Below are positions 45,422 to 55,692 of a DNA stretch of 64,000 nt, piece after piece (the stretch's first letter is position 1; each line of letters opens with the position of its first letter). A model generated the notes under the pieces. That model did not search any database. It worked only from the letters and a program-made list of their open reading frames with translations, and was not told the origin of the DNA. The translations under genes were made by a program, and so were the position numbers. Origin of the DNA: Candidatus Parcubacteria bacterium (GTDB lineage Bacteria > Patescibacteriota > Minisyncoccia > Phycocordibacterales > JAKAEA01); contig JAIFWI010000001.1 of the NCBI GenBank assembly GCA_019661945.1, positions 6,342-70,341 of the forward strand, in the 5' to 3' direction.

Positions 45422-47092
45422 TTATTTAGAAACCTTATCTAAATAATGTGTGTCGAGATGATTCAGTGCGTAATCCCATGAGCCGCCAACTTTTTTCCCC
45501 GGATTAAACATATTATTCGGATCAAATATTTTTTTAGTTTCTTCAAATAGTTTATATATTTCAGAACCAAACATTTTTTCAATGTATGGTGTACGGACAA
45601 TACCGTCATTATGCTCACCGGTAATTGAACCTTTATGCTCAAGAACAAGTGAATTTACTTTTTCCATCAATTCATTAATTATTGTTTTTGCTTCAGGCTT
45701 GGTCAAATCCATGAGTGGAATAATATGGAAGTTACCATTGCCGACATGTCCTGCCACGGTGTAGGTAATTTTATATTGATCTAGGATGGCATAAAGTTTT
45801 GGCAAAAAATCTGGCAAATATTCTGGATTAACCACAAAGTCATCAATGAAAGGCGCTGTTCGCAGAGTTTTGACATGATTTCGAAGCATACTGAAACTTT
45901 CTCGGCGAATTGTCCAGTATTTTTTGCCCTCTTCTGCTGACTTTGTTACTTTCGATTTAACATTTTCAAATTCCCTGAGACTTGCCTGAGCTTTTAGGGC
46001 CTGGGCATATGCTTCTTCATCTGTGTCAGCAGTAAATTCAGCCATGAGCACGAGCTTGGGTACACCACCAGTAACAACTGCCCAAAGTTCTGGAATAAAT
46101 TTAAAAGCCAATGTAATAAGATTGCCCTTCATCTTTTTAAGCATCATTGGGAAAAGTTTGGCCGCAAATTTAAAAGTGTGGTCATCGTATGATTCAAGGC
46201 TCTCAGGTTTAAATTCCAATAAGTGATTGGTCAAATCTCCTAAGTGCTTCATATCTTTCATGAAAATAACCACAAGTCGTGAATGAGTTTTAGGTCTGAC
46301 AAGCCTATAAGTAATCTCGGTAATAAGCCCGAGTGTTCCCTGCGAGCCAACAATAACTTTTGTCAGATCAAATATGCCCTTCTCTTTATTAAGGACTTCC
46401 CACAAATAGTATCCCGCTGAATTTTTTGACACATGGGGCTTTGCGCGCATAATAGCCTCATAGTTTTTTTCAATGAGCTCATGAGTTTCTCTATATATTT
46501 CTCCCTCGAGATCTTGTTGCTGCTTTTTTTGTTCTAATTCTTGAAAGGTAATAGGAGCGAAGGTGTATTCATTGCCGTCACGTAAGACTACTTTAAGTTT
46601 AGTGACATAATCCAATACTTTTCCATACAGTAGCGTTTTCTCACCACCTGAATTATTGGCGGCCATACCTCCAACGGTGCAGAGATCCCGCGAAGCCGGA
46701 TATGCCGGCATAATCATGCCTTTGGCCAAAGTCGCTTTATCAAAATCCCGATAATACACTCCAGGCTCAGTTACAGCCTCATTGCCTTCTACTTTTTTGA
46801 CATGGCTAAAATATTTGGTAAATTCAACGATAACTGATGTGCCTAAAGGACCTCCTGTCATATCAGTTCCGGCAGAACGCGCAGTTAAGTAGTATGGCTT
46901 GCCCGCTGCTTTTTCTTCGGCCACTATTTTAACAATACTTTTTACGTCCTCAACATTTTTAGGGAAAACAATAATTTCCGGTTTTATTTTGAAAAGGCTT
47001 GCATCGCGGCTGTATTTTTCTAAGCTGGCTGCATCAAATGCAATATCACCATTAAAATCAGCTTTAAGTTTTTCTATGAGCTGTTCGATCAT
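45422..47092 (-). CDS. FAD-linked oxidase (PCMH-type FAD-binding; GlcD / D-lactate dehydrogenase family)
   Basis: PAYPASRDLCTVGGMAANNSGG FAD-binding loop; 556 aa with C-terminal substrate domain. Confidence 0.75.
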   Translation of the reverse strand: MIEQLIEKLKADFNGDIAFDAASLEKYSRDASLFKIKPEIIVFPKNVEDVKSIVKIVAEEKAAGKPYYLTARSAGTDMTGGPLGTSVIVEFTKYFSHVKKVEGNEAVTEPGVYYRDFDKATLAKGMIMPAYPASRDLCTVGGMAANNSGGEKTLLYGKVLDYVTKLKVVLRDGNEYTFAPITFQELEQKKQQQDLEGEIYRETHELIEKNYEAIMRAKPHVSKNSAGYYLWEVLNKEKGIFDLTKVIVGSQGTLGLITEITYRLVRPKTHSRLVVIFMKDMKHLGDLTNHLLEFKPESLESYDDHTFKFAAKLFPMMLKKMKGNLITLAFKFIPELWAVVTGGVPKLVLMAEFTADTDEEAYAQALKAQASLREFENVKSKVTKSAEEGKKYWTIRRESFSMLRNHVKTLRTAPFIDDFVVNPEYLPDFLPKLYAILDQYKITYTVAGHVGNGNFHIIPLMDLTKPEAKTIINELMEKVNSLVLEHKGSITGEHNDGIVRTPYIEKMFGSEIYKLFEETKKIFDPNNMFNPGKKVGGSWDYALNHLDTHYLDKVSK

Positions 47093-47099
47093 ATGCCCA

Positions 47100-47327
47100 T
47101 CATATCATTTGGATACTCTTCTGCACAAAAGCAAAAAATAAGTTCCAGAGATATTTAAACGTATCAATAACAAGGAGGAGCGCGTATCGTAAATTTTCTT
47201 CTACCAGCGGCCCAGAAAATATTTCTTTTAAATCAATATTAAAATAGCCAAGAATTATGAGAGCAACAACAATCAGAACTATAGTATCTATTAATCCCGA
47301 TTGGTGATTTTTGAAGCTTAAGCTCAT
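47100..47327 (-). CDS. Small membrane protein (75 aa)
   Basis: One TM (IVLIVVALIILGYF); 7 nt before downstream oxidase start. Confidence 0.3.
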   Translation of the reverse strand: MSLSFKNHQSGLIDTIVLIVVALIILGYFNIDLKEIFSGPLVEENLRYALLLVIDTFKYLWNLFFAFVQKSIQMI

Positions 47328-47334
47328 GTATACA

Positions 47335-48609
47335 TTATAGATAAGAAAGCGGATTTAGGTAAGCCTTGAGATCAGCTACAGGCATAGTATAGGTTTTACC
47401 ACCACAGGCAGTGCTTGGCCGCGATACTATCTGAACACCTTGCGAAGCATACACCGTAAAGTGTAAATGCGGCCCAGTTGAGTAGCCAGTATTGCCGCTA
47501 TAGCCTATAACATCACCCGTGTTAACCCGCTGGCCCGCTACAGCCTTTATAAGAGAAAAGTGACCATACAAAGTTGATAGGCCATTATCATGTTTAATTA
47601 AGACCCATTTGCCGTATGAAGCCCCTGGGCAAACCGTATCAGTGTCACCAGTGCCTTCAACCGTGCCATTTCCTGCAGATTTAACAGGTGTGCCTAGCGA
47701 TGCGGCCAGGTCTATGCCATTGTGGCCATTACCATTATAGACACTGACTGTTTTAGAAAATTCAGTCTGACCAAAGCCTTGAGTAACTCGAATGTTATCA
47801 AGCGGCCATGAAAGGACACCTGATCCTGTTTTCGGAATGCTGTTTGGATCAATGGCAATTTTCAATTTCGATTCATAATCATTCAATTCTTTTTCAAAGG
47901 CTTTTTTACGAGCCTCCTTTTCGGCAATAAGTTTTTTGTAATCTGACTCTTTGCTCTTTGTCTGAGTTAAGACTTTGGCTTTTTCGTTTTTGTTAATTTC
48001 GATAATAGTTTTTTGATCAGCCAACTCATTTTTCAATTCCATTAATTCTTTTTGTTTCTGCTCGGTAGTTTTTTTGCTGTTTTCCAGAGTAACTTTTAAT
48101 GTTTTCAACTCATTCAAACCATCTCTGACGCTAGCTTGAAATCTGCCAATGCTATCAAGTTCTTGGGAAAAGGTGCCAATATCAGGATATATGAGCATGG
48201 TTTCTACAAGTGAATTTGAATCAGATTCATTTATTTTTCGGAGGGTCTCGGCTAAAGCTTCTTTATTCTTTAACATTCGCCACTCTTTATCAGTAATGCT
48301 TTGGCCGAGCTGCTTAATAGTTAAGCCGGTTGAATCAATACGAGTTTCAGTTACTCGCAAATCAGTGCCGAGTTTCTTGCTATTAATATCTAATGCATTG
48401 ACCGTGCTCTGGAGACTTTTAGCCTCGGTGCTCGTTTTATCAAGCTCGAGGCGATATTGATTGATTTCTTTTTCAAGTTCTTGGATGGTCAGAGCATGGG
48501 AATCAATTTTCTGTTTTATTTCATCAATAGTTTCGGCATGACTAAAAATGACAAAGCTCATTGCCAATGCTAAACACATAAAACTAACAAAAAATCGATA
48601 CTTACGCAT
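47335..48609 (-). CDS. M23-family peptidoglycan DD-metalloendopeptidase with N-terminal coiled-coil (EnvC-like)
   Basis: Signal/TM; long coiled-coil; HNGIDLAA...D...GHFSLI...GNTGYSTGPHLHF (HxxxD / HxH M23 motifs). Start set to ATG 48609. Confidence 0.8.
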   Translation of the reverse strand: MRKYRFFVSFMCLALAMSFVIFSHAETIDEIKQKIDSHALTIQELEKEINQYRLELDKTSTEAKSLQSTVNALDINSKKLGTDLRVTETRIDSTGLTIKQLGQSITDKEWRMLKNKEALAETLRKINESDSNSLVETMLIYPDIGTFSQELDSIGRFQASVRDGLNELKTLKVTLENSKKTTEQKQKELMELKNELADQKTIIEINKNEKAKVLTQTKSKESDYKKLIAEKEARKKAFEKELNDYESKLKIAIDPNSIPKTGSGVLSWPLDNIRVTQGFGQTEFSKTVSVYNGNGHNGIDLAASLGTPVKSAGNGTVEGTGDTDTVCPGASYGKWVLIKHDNGLSTLYGHFSLIKAVAGQRVNTGDVIGYSGNTGYSTGPHLHFTVYASQGVQIVSRPSTACGGKTYTMPVADLKAYLNPLSYL

Positions 48610-49945
48610 GTGATACTTTCTCGAGAGCGCTGTGGAGACGTTTGAGGCTTTCTTCTTTACCAAGGAGTTCTGCTAGGACAAAAGGATCGGGTGATTTTTC
48701 TTTTCCGGATAGTGCCACGCGTGTTGGCCATAAAACTTCGCCTCGGCCTTCACTTGTAGCATATTCCCAGAGCGCATCTTTAATTATAGCCTGTTTGTAG
48801 TCTTTTTCATCTATACGTCCAAGGATTTTTATGACCTCATTCAAACGTCGAATTAAAGCTTCATGGTCCTTTTGGCCTTTCCAGTACAAGAGTTCAATCG
48901 AATAGTCAGGCGACTTAAACAAATAATCAAATTCTCCTTGTTGAATAAGTGCTCGAGCTTCACCAAATGTTGAAATCCGTTCAAGAATTACCGGCGTAAA
49001 GTGTTTGATATCATTGTCAGATACTTTATATACCGAAGTAATAATCTCTTTCATTTTTTGCTCCAAGACTTCAGCCGGCAGGCGCTTCATATGCTCTTTA
49101 TTAAACCACTTTAACTTTTCTTCATTAAAGATTGCCCCGCCTTTCTGGACTTTGGAAATATCAAAAGCTTTAATCAATTCTTCAAAGGTAAAAATTTCTT
49201 GATCGGTACCAGGATTCCAGCCCAAAAGTGACATGTAGTTAATAATTGCTTCAGGCAAATAGCCTTGCTCAATGTAGTGCTTCAATGATACGCGCTCTCC
49301 ATGTTTTCGTTTAGAAAGTTTGGAGCGATCTTCGGCAAAGATAAGAGGTAAATGGGCATATACTGGTCGAGATCCACCAATCGCTTCAAGTAAAAGTATC
49401 TGCCGTGGCGTATTTGAAATATGGTCTTCACCGCGGATGACGTGAGTAATGCCCATTTCAAAATCATCTACCACAACCGCCAAATGATAGAGCGGCTCAT
49501 CCAAGCTTTTGGCAATGACGAAATCTTTTAAATCAGTGGTGTCTATACTAACCTCACCGCGGATAAGATCAGTAAAGGTTATATTTGTATTAGGATTCTT
49601 AAACCGAATGACTTCGGTTCGCTGACCTTCCTCTTTAGGTTCTTCTTTAGAAATATAGGCCTTGCCTTCAGCCAATAACTTTTCTAAATACTTTTTATGA
49701 ATACCTGCTCGCTCTGACTGGCGAGTCACCCCATCATACTTCAAGCCAAGCCATTCCATGCTCTTAAAAATATCCTCCTCATATTCTTTCTTTGAGCGTT
49801 CCTTGTCAGTATCTTCAATGCGAAAAATAAATTTCCCTTCATTTTGTAAAGCAAAAAAGTAGTTATATAGTCCTGTGCGGACATTACCAATGTGTAACAG
49901 TCCTGTCGGACTCGGTGGAAATCTGGTGACAATATTATTTTTCAT
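48602..49945 (-). CDS. gltX: Glutamyl-tRNA synthetase
   Basis: HIGH motif (PSPTGLLHIGN), KMSKS-type (KLSKRKHG); start set to internal ATG 49945. Confidence 0.9.
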   Translation of the reverse strand: MKNNIVTRFPPSPTGLLHIGNVRTGLYNYFFALQNEGKFIFRIEDTDKERSKKEYEEDIFKSMEWLGLKYDGVTRQSERAGIHKKYLEKLLAEGKAYISKEEPKEEGQRTEVIRFKNPNTNITFTDLIRGEVSIDTTDLKDFVIAKSLDEPLYHLAVVVDDFEMGITHVIRGEDHISNTPRQILLLEAIGGSRPVYAHLPLIFAEDRSKLSKRKHGERVSLKHYIEQGYLPEAIINYMSLLGWNPGTDQEIFTFEELIKAFDISKVQKGGAIFNEEKLKWFNKEHMKRLPAEVLEQKMKEIITSVYKVSDNDIKHFTPVILERISTFGEARALIQQGEFDYLFKSPDYSIELLYWKGQKDHEALIRRLNEVIKILGRIDEKDYKQAIIKDALWEYATSEGRGEVLWPTRVALSGKEKSPDPFVLAELLGKEESLKRLHSALEKVSHA

Positions 49946-51062
49946 GGCCGATGGCAATAGTGAGTATTTCAGCAGCGATGAGTTCGGCTGCATTTTGATG
50001 TGTAAAACCGAGAGCAGCTGTTCTCATTTTTCCTCGAAGGGCAGCATCATTCATAATTCGATCAATTTCTGAAATCAAAATATGAGGAGCTAAATTATTC
50101 TCCTCAATAACTACAGCCGCGCCAGTTCTGGCATAACTATAGGCATTTTTACGCTGATGATCGCCGTTTGAATCACTAATAGGAATAAGAATGGATGGAA
50201 CGCCCCAGTTGGCGATTTCAAAAACAGTCGAACCGGCACGTGAGACGATGACGTCAGCAATACCGGCTGCCATTCGCATGGCTAGATCATTGAGATGATC
50301 ATATGATTTGTAACGATCTTTAAATTGACTGTCGAGAAGTACAACATTGGCAGTTTCATTAGTCTCTTTAACATTATTTTCTCCAACCTGGTGAATAATC
50401 TGATATTTCTCTACAAGTTTAGCCAAAGCATCAAGTATATTTTGATTTATTATTTGAGAACCTTGTGAGCCGCCAAGAACTAAAAGAACCGGCACGTTAT
50501 TTTGAAGTTTCAGAAATTCATGAGCACCGTCACGGGCTGGATACATAATTCCCTGTCGAACAGGATTACCAGTTTCGGCAACTTTTTCTTTTGGAAAATA
50601 TTCAGCCGCCTGAGGATAAGAAATAGCAACCTTTTGAGCAATCTTTCCGGCCCAGGCATTAGCCCTGCCCGGCACACTGTCAGACTCATGAATGACAATT
50701 GGAATGCGTAGAATATAGGCTGCAATAAGCGGAGGTATACTTACATACCCGCCTTTACTAAATACCACATCCGGGTAAATCCAATACATAAGCCAGGTAG
50801 CCTTTATAATTCCCCAACCTGTTTTAAAAAGATCAAAGAAATTGGCAATAGAAAAGTAGCGGCGAATTTTACCGGCTGGAATCTTTACAAAGTTAATATT
50901 ATTTTCCTGAAGTAATTCGAGATTGTAAGGCTCAGGAGCCATGTAGTATATTTCTACACTGACCAGTTTTTTCTCTTTTTCATAACGATGCAATGCTTCG
51001 GTCACGGCAATAAGCGGATAAAAATGCCCTCCGGTACCGCCTCCTGTAAGTAATATCTTCAT
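49935..51062 (-). CDS. murG: UDP-GlcNAc:lipid I N-acetylglucosaminyltransferase MurG
   Basis: MKILLTGGGTGGHFYPLIAV N-motif; GT28 architecture; within dcw-like cluster. Confidence 0.85.
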   Translation of the reverse strand: MKILLTGGGTGGHFYPLIAVTEALHRYEKEKKLVSVEIYYMAPEPYNLELLQENNINFVKIPAGKIRRYFSIANFFDLFKTGWGIIKATWLMYWIYPDVVFSKGGYVSIPPLIAAYILRIPIVIHESDSVPGRANAWAGKIAQKVAISYPQAAEYFPKEKVAETGNPVRQGIMYPARDGAHEFLKLQNNVPVLLVLGGSQGSQIINQNILDALAKLVEKYQIIHQVGENNVKETNETANVVLLDSQFKDRYKSYDHLNDLAMRMAAGIADVIVSRAGSTVFEIANWGVPSILIPISDSNGDHQRKNAYSYARTGAAVVIEENNLAPHILISEIDRIMNDAALRGKMRTAALGFTHQNAAELIAAEILTIAIGHEK

Positions 51063-51074
51063 AACTCTATTATA

Positions 51075-52175
51075 TTAGGCTCTTTGATTTTTTGAAATGC
51101 TTAGAATAATACCTGCCTCAGCCAGTGCAAAAAGCATGGCGCTACCACCATGGCTGATAAATGTCAGTGGAATACCTGTCAGAGGCAAGATACTGAGCAT
51201 TGAACCCATATTTATAAATGCTTGAGAGATGATCAATGTTACCAAACCTACGGCTGTAGTCATAGCAAATGTATCGGAGACACGCGAAGCGATTTTATAA
51301 CCGCGCAATGCAAAAAATACAAATAGACAAAGAATCGTCATCGAGCCTACAAAACCGAATTCCTCAGCAGCTACGGCAAAAATAGAATCGCCAATAGGTT
51401 CCGGCAAGAAATTGAACTTTTGAATACTTTGGCCGAAGCCGCGGCCGAAAACTCCACCAGAACCAATGGCAATAAGTGACTGCTGAATTTGATAACCGGC
51501 GCCGAGCGAATCTTTTGAGGGATCAAGGAAGGTAGTCAAGCGAGCCATTATATATGGCCTAAACTGAGCAATGACAAGGATACCAATAATTGCAGTCAAA
51601 CATAAAATGCCGATGTAGCGCCATTGTCCGCCAGCTGTGATAAACATCGCCACCAGAGCAGCCACAATGACCATAAGGGTATCAGTATCTGGCTGGAGGA
51701 GTAGAAGCACAGAGCAGATGCCCAAAATAATAAAAAGTGGCAACGCACCCCATTTAAATGTTTTGACTTTGTCTTTAACCATTGAAAGCCAAGCAGCGAA
51801 ATAGACTACTGCTCCCAATTTCAAAATCTCCGCCGGCTGAAATGAATATGATCCGAGATTAATCCAACGCCTGGCACCACCGTGAGAAAAACCAATTTTT
51901 GGTAAAAAAACTAAAACGCAGGCAATAACAGCAAAAAGAAAAATATAGAAGGAATATTTCCGCCAAAATTTTGTTGGAATGCGTGAGGTGATGATAAGCA
52001 AAATGCCTCCAGCTAAAAAACCAATAGCGAATTGTTTTAAAGCAACGGTTGAGAAGCTTACACCCTGCCGTGCCAAAAGTCCCATCGAAGCTGAACTAAA
52101 TATAAAAAAGCCGGCAGTAATGAGAGAAACCGTAGCAATAAAAAAAGGACGATCAACACGCTTCACCTTGGCCAT
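51075..52175 (-). CDS. ftsW: SEDS-family cell-division protein FtsW (peptidoglycan glycosyltransferase)
   Basis: 10-TM SEDS protein; adjacent to murG; start set to ATG 52175. Confidence 0.8.
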   Translation of the reverse strand: MAKVKRVDRPFFIATVSLITAGFFIFSSASMGLLARQGVSFSTVALKQFAIGFLAGGILLIITSRIPTKFWRKYSFYIFLFAVIACVLVFLPKIGFSHGGARRWINLGSYSFQPAEILKLGAVVYFAAWLSMVKDKVKTFKWGALPLFIILGICSVLLLLQPDTDTLMVIVAALVAMFITAGGQWRYIGILCLTAIIGILVIAQFRPYIMARLTTFLDPSKDSLGAGYQIQQSLIAIGSGGVFGRGFGQSIQKFNFLPEPIGDSIFAVAAEEFGFVGSMTILCLFVFFALRGYKIASRVSDTFAMTTAVGLVTLIISQAFINMGSMLSILPLTGIPLTFISHGGSAMLFALAEAGIILSISKNQRA

Positions 52176-52243
52176 ATTTTCATCATACCATAAAGCTGAG
52201 GTTGGATAAAACAAAAACAGCAGACCCGGACAGGCTGCTGCGA

Positions 52244-52447
52244 TTACATTTTGATTGCCACCTTCCGCTTGGAAAGCCACTTAGAAAAGTAGTAACAGAA
52301 AGGAAATGCAATGACCACGTAAACGAAGGATCGGAGGATTAAATCTGAAACTCGAGGAATACCCTCAGTTGGGATTCCGGCCAATGTCAGAAGAATCGCA
52401 ACTGCGACTGACCAGATCATCGGCTTTAGCCACTTTTTCCAATTCAT
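52244..52447 (-). CDS. Small membrane protein (67 aa)
   Basis: Two hydrophobic helices; between GH6 gene and ftsW. Confidence 0.3.
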   Translation of the reverse strand: MNWKKWLKPMIWSVAVAILLTLAGIPTEGIPRVSDLILRSFVYVVIAFPFCYYFSKWLSKRKVAIKM

Positions 52448-52538
52448 CTTTCACCTCATGGTTAGGGACTATCTCAAGTATACACCCTCAGCATTAAAAA
52501 ACCGCAAGAAAAAACGCATACTGGGGTATGCGCGTTGG

Positions 52539-53555
52539 TTACTTCCTTTTGGGAGTCTTGGCTTTCTCTCGGGCTAATTCCTCCGCCATGCGGTAGAGCT
52601 CAACTGCTCGCTTAACCCAGAGAACTCCAGCTCGTGGACCGCCACGACATTCCCCATCACTCTCATCAGGATGCTTGCCCCAGATTAATGCATCACAATG
52701 GTCAATCCCTGTGACAAATGTCGGCAGTACTCCAAGGGCTCGACCCGGCGGGTTGCACCAATCGTTTTCACCTGGTGGAACCTTAAGAAGTGGGCCATTG
52801 CCATTACGAGAAACGTCAATCACAAATGGCATATTACCGACGAGGATACTCACTGCCTTGCCGAAGTCTCCCGCTTCTTTAGTGGTGCGATAGTTTGAGA
52901 CATTCACAGCAAAGCCTCGACAATCTTTAACTCCTGCCTCAAGCAAGCGTTTTGCCGTCCATTCTGGCGGGTGCCAGTTTGAATGTCCTGCATCAAGATA
53001 GACTCGAGCATTTGGATTCTTCTTCATGGCCTTCACAGCTGCTTGAAGAAGTTTAATCCGAATTTCCTGATCCTCTTTGCCGAGCTCATCAAGGTGCGGT
53101 ATAGCATCTGGCTCAATAATGACAACGACATCGGATTGGCCAATCGTAGCTGTTACATCAGTGAGCCATTTTTGGTAGACTTTCTCTTTTTCCACCCCTT
53201 CCGCCCCACCAGCCGAATGCTGACCAATGTCTCGGTTTGGGATGTAATACAGAACCACTCCAAGGATTTGCTTCTTGGCTTTTGCTCCAGCTACTGCCTT
53301 AGCAAGTGCAGTCAGATCTTTGCTTTCAATCCACAAGCACTGCGGTACAGTAGCGATTTTGGCCAAAATCTTGGCCTCAGGCTTGTTCCGATTCTCAGGC
53401 TTTTCAGACCACTCCTTTCCCTGAGTTTCGATGGCAAAAAGTTCCTTCTTCATAGCTGGTGTTTGTCTTCTAGCTGTGGCAAACAATGAACTCTCAAGTG
53501 CCATTCCGGCAAGTGCAGTCCCACCGGCTGACACCAAGAACTGTCTGCGATTCAT
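52539..53555 (-). CDS. Glycoside hydrolase family 6 (endoglucanase/cellobiohydrolase-like) with Tat signal peptide; GC-rich
   Basis: RRQFLVSAGG Tat motif; GH6 blocks VLYYIPNRD (cf. DLPDRDC), VVVIIEPDAIPHL (EPDSL), YLDAGHSNW, AVNVSNY, FVIDVSRNG, WCNP. Confidence 0.7.
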   Translation of the reverse strand: MNRRQFLVSAGGTALAGMALESSLFATARRQTPAMKKELFAIETQGKEWSEKPENRNKPEAKILAKIATVPQCLWIESKDLTALAKAVAGAKAKKQILGVVLYYIPNRDIGQHSAGGAEGVEKEKVYQKWLTDVTATIGQSDVVVIIEPDAIPHLDELGKEDQEIRIKLLQAAVKAMKKNPNARVYLDAGHSNWHPPEWTAKRLLEAGVKDCRGFAVNVSNYRTTKEAGDFGKAVSILVGNMPFVIDVSRNGNGPLLKVPPGENDWCNPPGRALGVLPTFVTGIDHCDALIWGKHPDESDGECRGGPRAGVLWVKRAVELYRMAEELAREKAKTPKRK

Positions 53556-53644
53556 GACGTCGCTCCTTTCGAGTATCCCCTTTTGTTCTTTCTATAGAAT
53601 AAGACGTATAGAAGAGCAAAAATATTTCAGATTATATATAGTGA

Positions 53645-54721
53645 TTAGCCCACTACAGCCAAGATCATGCCAAGCGCAGCAAAGACGATAGTGATTACCC
53701 AATAACGCATAGTTACTTTGTAGGCTGGCCATCCAAGGGCTTCAAAGTGATGATGCAAGGGTGCCACCAGAAATACTTTTTTGCCTCTGAATTTTTTGGA
53801 AAGAATTTGAATGATAACCGAGAGTGTTGTAACAACAAGTGGCAAAGCAATAATTGGCAGGACAAGCACGCCATAGCCGCCTGTTTTTGAAACTGAGTCG
53901 GTCATAAAAGCGACGATGCCTAGGGTCACGGTCAGACTCATACTGCCCGTCTCTGACATATAAAATCGAGCTGGAGGAATATTGAACCAGAGAAAAGCCA
54001 AAATCGCACCGACAACAACAGCGCAAAATGCAGCCAAGTCAATTTGGTTTTGATAAAACGCGATACCGCCATATGCTGCAAACATTGAAGCAAAAACGCC
54101 GCCGGCCAAACCATCAATGCCATCAATGACTCCTCCAGAATAAAGAGCAGCAATGACAAGAGTAAAAAATGGAATAAATAAATATCCGAGAGGAATAGAA
54201 TTACCAAAAGGTAGACCTATAGTCGAAATCCCAAGTTCAAAATAAAACCATGTAGCACAAATAAAACCAATTGAGCCTACAACAAGAAGTCTCTTTTTCA
54301 AAGATAAACCGCCGGCGATATAATCCTTAGAGCCTTTGATTTCAAGATAATCGTCATACAGTCCAACAATCGCACCAAAAAGTAGAGTGAAAAGTGGAAT
54401 AAAGGTCTGGCTTCTGCTTAAGAAATCAAATTTTTCAGTTAGGGTCAGCGGAAAAATTCGGGCAGCAATCCAAAAAACAGCAATCGTAATTAAAACACTA
54501 CCCCAAATTACAATGCCACCCATTCGGGGCGTGCCGACTTCTCTTTCTTTATGTAATTCATTGAAAATAGGTGTTGCTCCGCCTGTCATGTCGACCTTGC
54601 CGGCTTTCTTTTTCCACATTTCATGTTTGTAAAGGTAATGAGTGAGAATGGGAGTAATGGCAATACCAACACCGAATGCAATTGCCGAAGGAATAAAAAG
54701 TTTTACAAGATCAAGTATCAT
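53645..54721 (-). CDS. mraY: Phospho-N-acetylmuramoyl-pentapeptide transferase MraY
   Basis: TPRMGGIV, GLYDDYLEI (DD motif), VIDGIDGLAGG, HHHFE; 10-TM GT4 family. Confidence 0.85.
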   Translation of the reverse strand: MILDLVKLFIPSAIAFGVGIAITPILTHYLYKHEMWKKKAGKVDMTGGATPIFNELHKEREVGTPRMGGIVIWGSVLITIAVFWIAARIFPLTLTEKFDFLSRSQTFIPLFTLLFGAIVGLYDDYLEIKGSKDYIAGGLSLKKRLLVVGSIGFICATWFYFELGISTIGLPFGNSIPLGYLFIPFFTLVIAALYSGGVIDGIDGLAGGVFASMFAAYGGIAFYQNQIDLAAFCAVVVGAILAFLWFNIPPARFYMSETGSMSLTVTLGIVAFMTDSVSKTGGYGVLVLPIIALPLVVTTLSVIIQILSKKFRGKKVFLVAPLHHHFEALGWPAYKVTMRYWVITIVFAALGMILAVVG

Positions 54722-54738
54722 GAAGTTTAAGAATTATC

Positions 54739-55692
54739 TCATTGCTCTTTTAGAGCTGTAATGGCAATAGTAACTAAGGTTTCAATATCATTGAAGCGGG
54801 CGTCATATGATGAGCCCAACACTACTATAACTACAGGTCGTCCGGGCATGGCTTCAAAAAGTACTGCTAAATTTCCACCGGCTAGAGTGCTATAACCAGT
54901 TTTGCCAGCAATGAGGCCTGGAATTTTTTGACTGATAATATTTGTATTCTTTCCGGTATGGGCAACATCACTTTCTGAATAAACGGTTACACCAGCTTCA
55001 CGTGTTGATTTAAAAATACTTGGATGATATTTCACAGCATACTCAATAAGCCGGGCCACATCTTGAGCCGAACCATAACCACCGGCAACGCTTTCACTTT
55101 GATCAAGTCCTGATTCATTGGCAAACCACATGTTTGTTAATCCAAGTCGTCGGGATGTATCATTCATTTTTTTTACAAATGCTTCACGCTCAGTTATTTC
55201 CGATCCACTCTGAGTCTGGCCTCGGCCAATAGCATCGGCTACAGCGGCTGCTCCGTCATTTGATGACACAACCAAGGTAAATTTCAACAAATTTTCCAAT
55301 GACCATTGTTCATCAACTAAGAGACCACTATCACCTTCTTCGGATAAATGTTTTCTATCGATGGTGACTAGTGTCGACGTCGGTGCCTGTTCCAGAGCAG
55401 TAACTGCAGTCATCATCTTTGTTAGTGAGGCTAACGGTAATACAGCCTGTTCACTTTTGGCAAACAACGTTTTTCGGGTTGAAATATCGTAGACATAGGC
55501 CGCTTTGGCCTCAATCTGAACATTAGCGAAATGATTTTTTCGGGGTGTTCGAATTTCATCAGCTACAAGCTTAGAGGTGGCCTCAGGAAAAACAAGGATA
55601 CCGACCAAAGCAACCATACTCCAAACACTTATCCGGATATATTTCCACCAATTTTTATTCATGGGATTGTTGAGCATGTTCATGAGTTTCAA
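54739..55692 (-). CDS. D-alanyl-D-alanine carboxypeptidase (S11, PBP5/6-like)
   Basis: SLTK (SxxK), SSND (SxN), GKTGYS (KTG); signal/TM. Confidence 0.8.
   Translation of the reverse strand: MKLMNMLNNPMNKNWWKYIRISVWSMVALVGILVFPEATSKLVADEIRTPRKNHFANVQIEAKAAYVYDISTRKTLFAKSEQAVLPLASLTKMMTAVTALEQAPTSTLVTIDRKHLSEEGDSGLLVDEQWSLENLLKFTLVVSSNDGAAAVADAIGRGQTQSGSEITEREAFVKKMNDTSRRLGLTNMWFANESGLDQSESVAGGYGSAQDVARLIEYAVKYHPSIFKSTREAGVTVYSESDVAHTGKNTNIISQKIPGLIAGKTGYSTLAGGNLAVLFEAMPGRPVVIVVLGSSYDARFNDIETLVTIAITALKEQ

Noticed and set aside
47335-48663. Track start of M23 peptidase at 48663 and of gltX at 49993 (59-62 nt overlaps with neighbours)
   Set aside because: Internal ATGs (48609; 49945) give typical N-termini and remove long overlaps.
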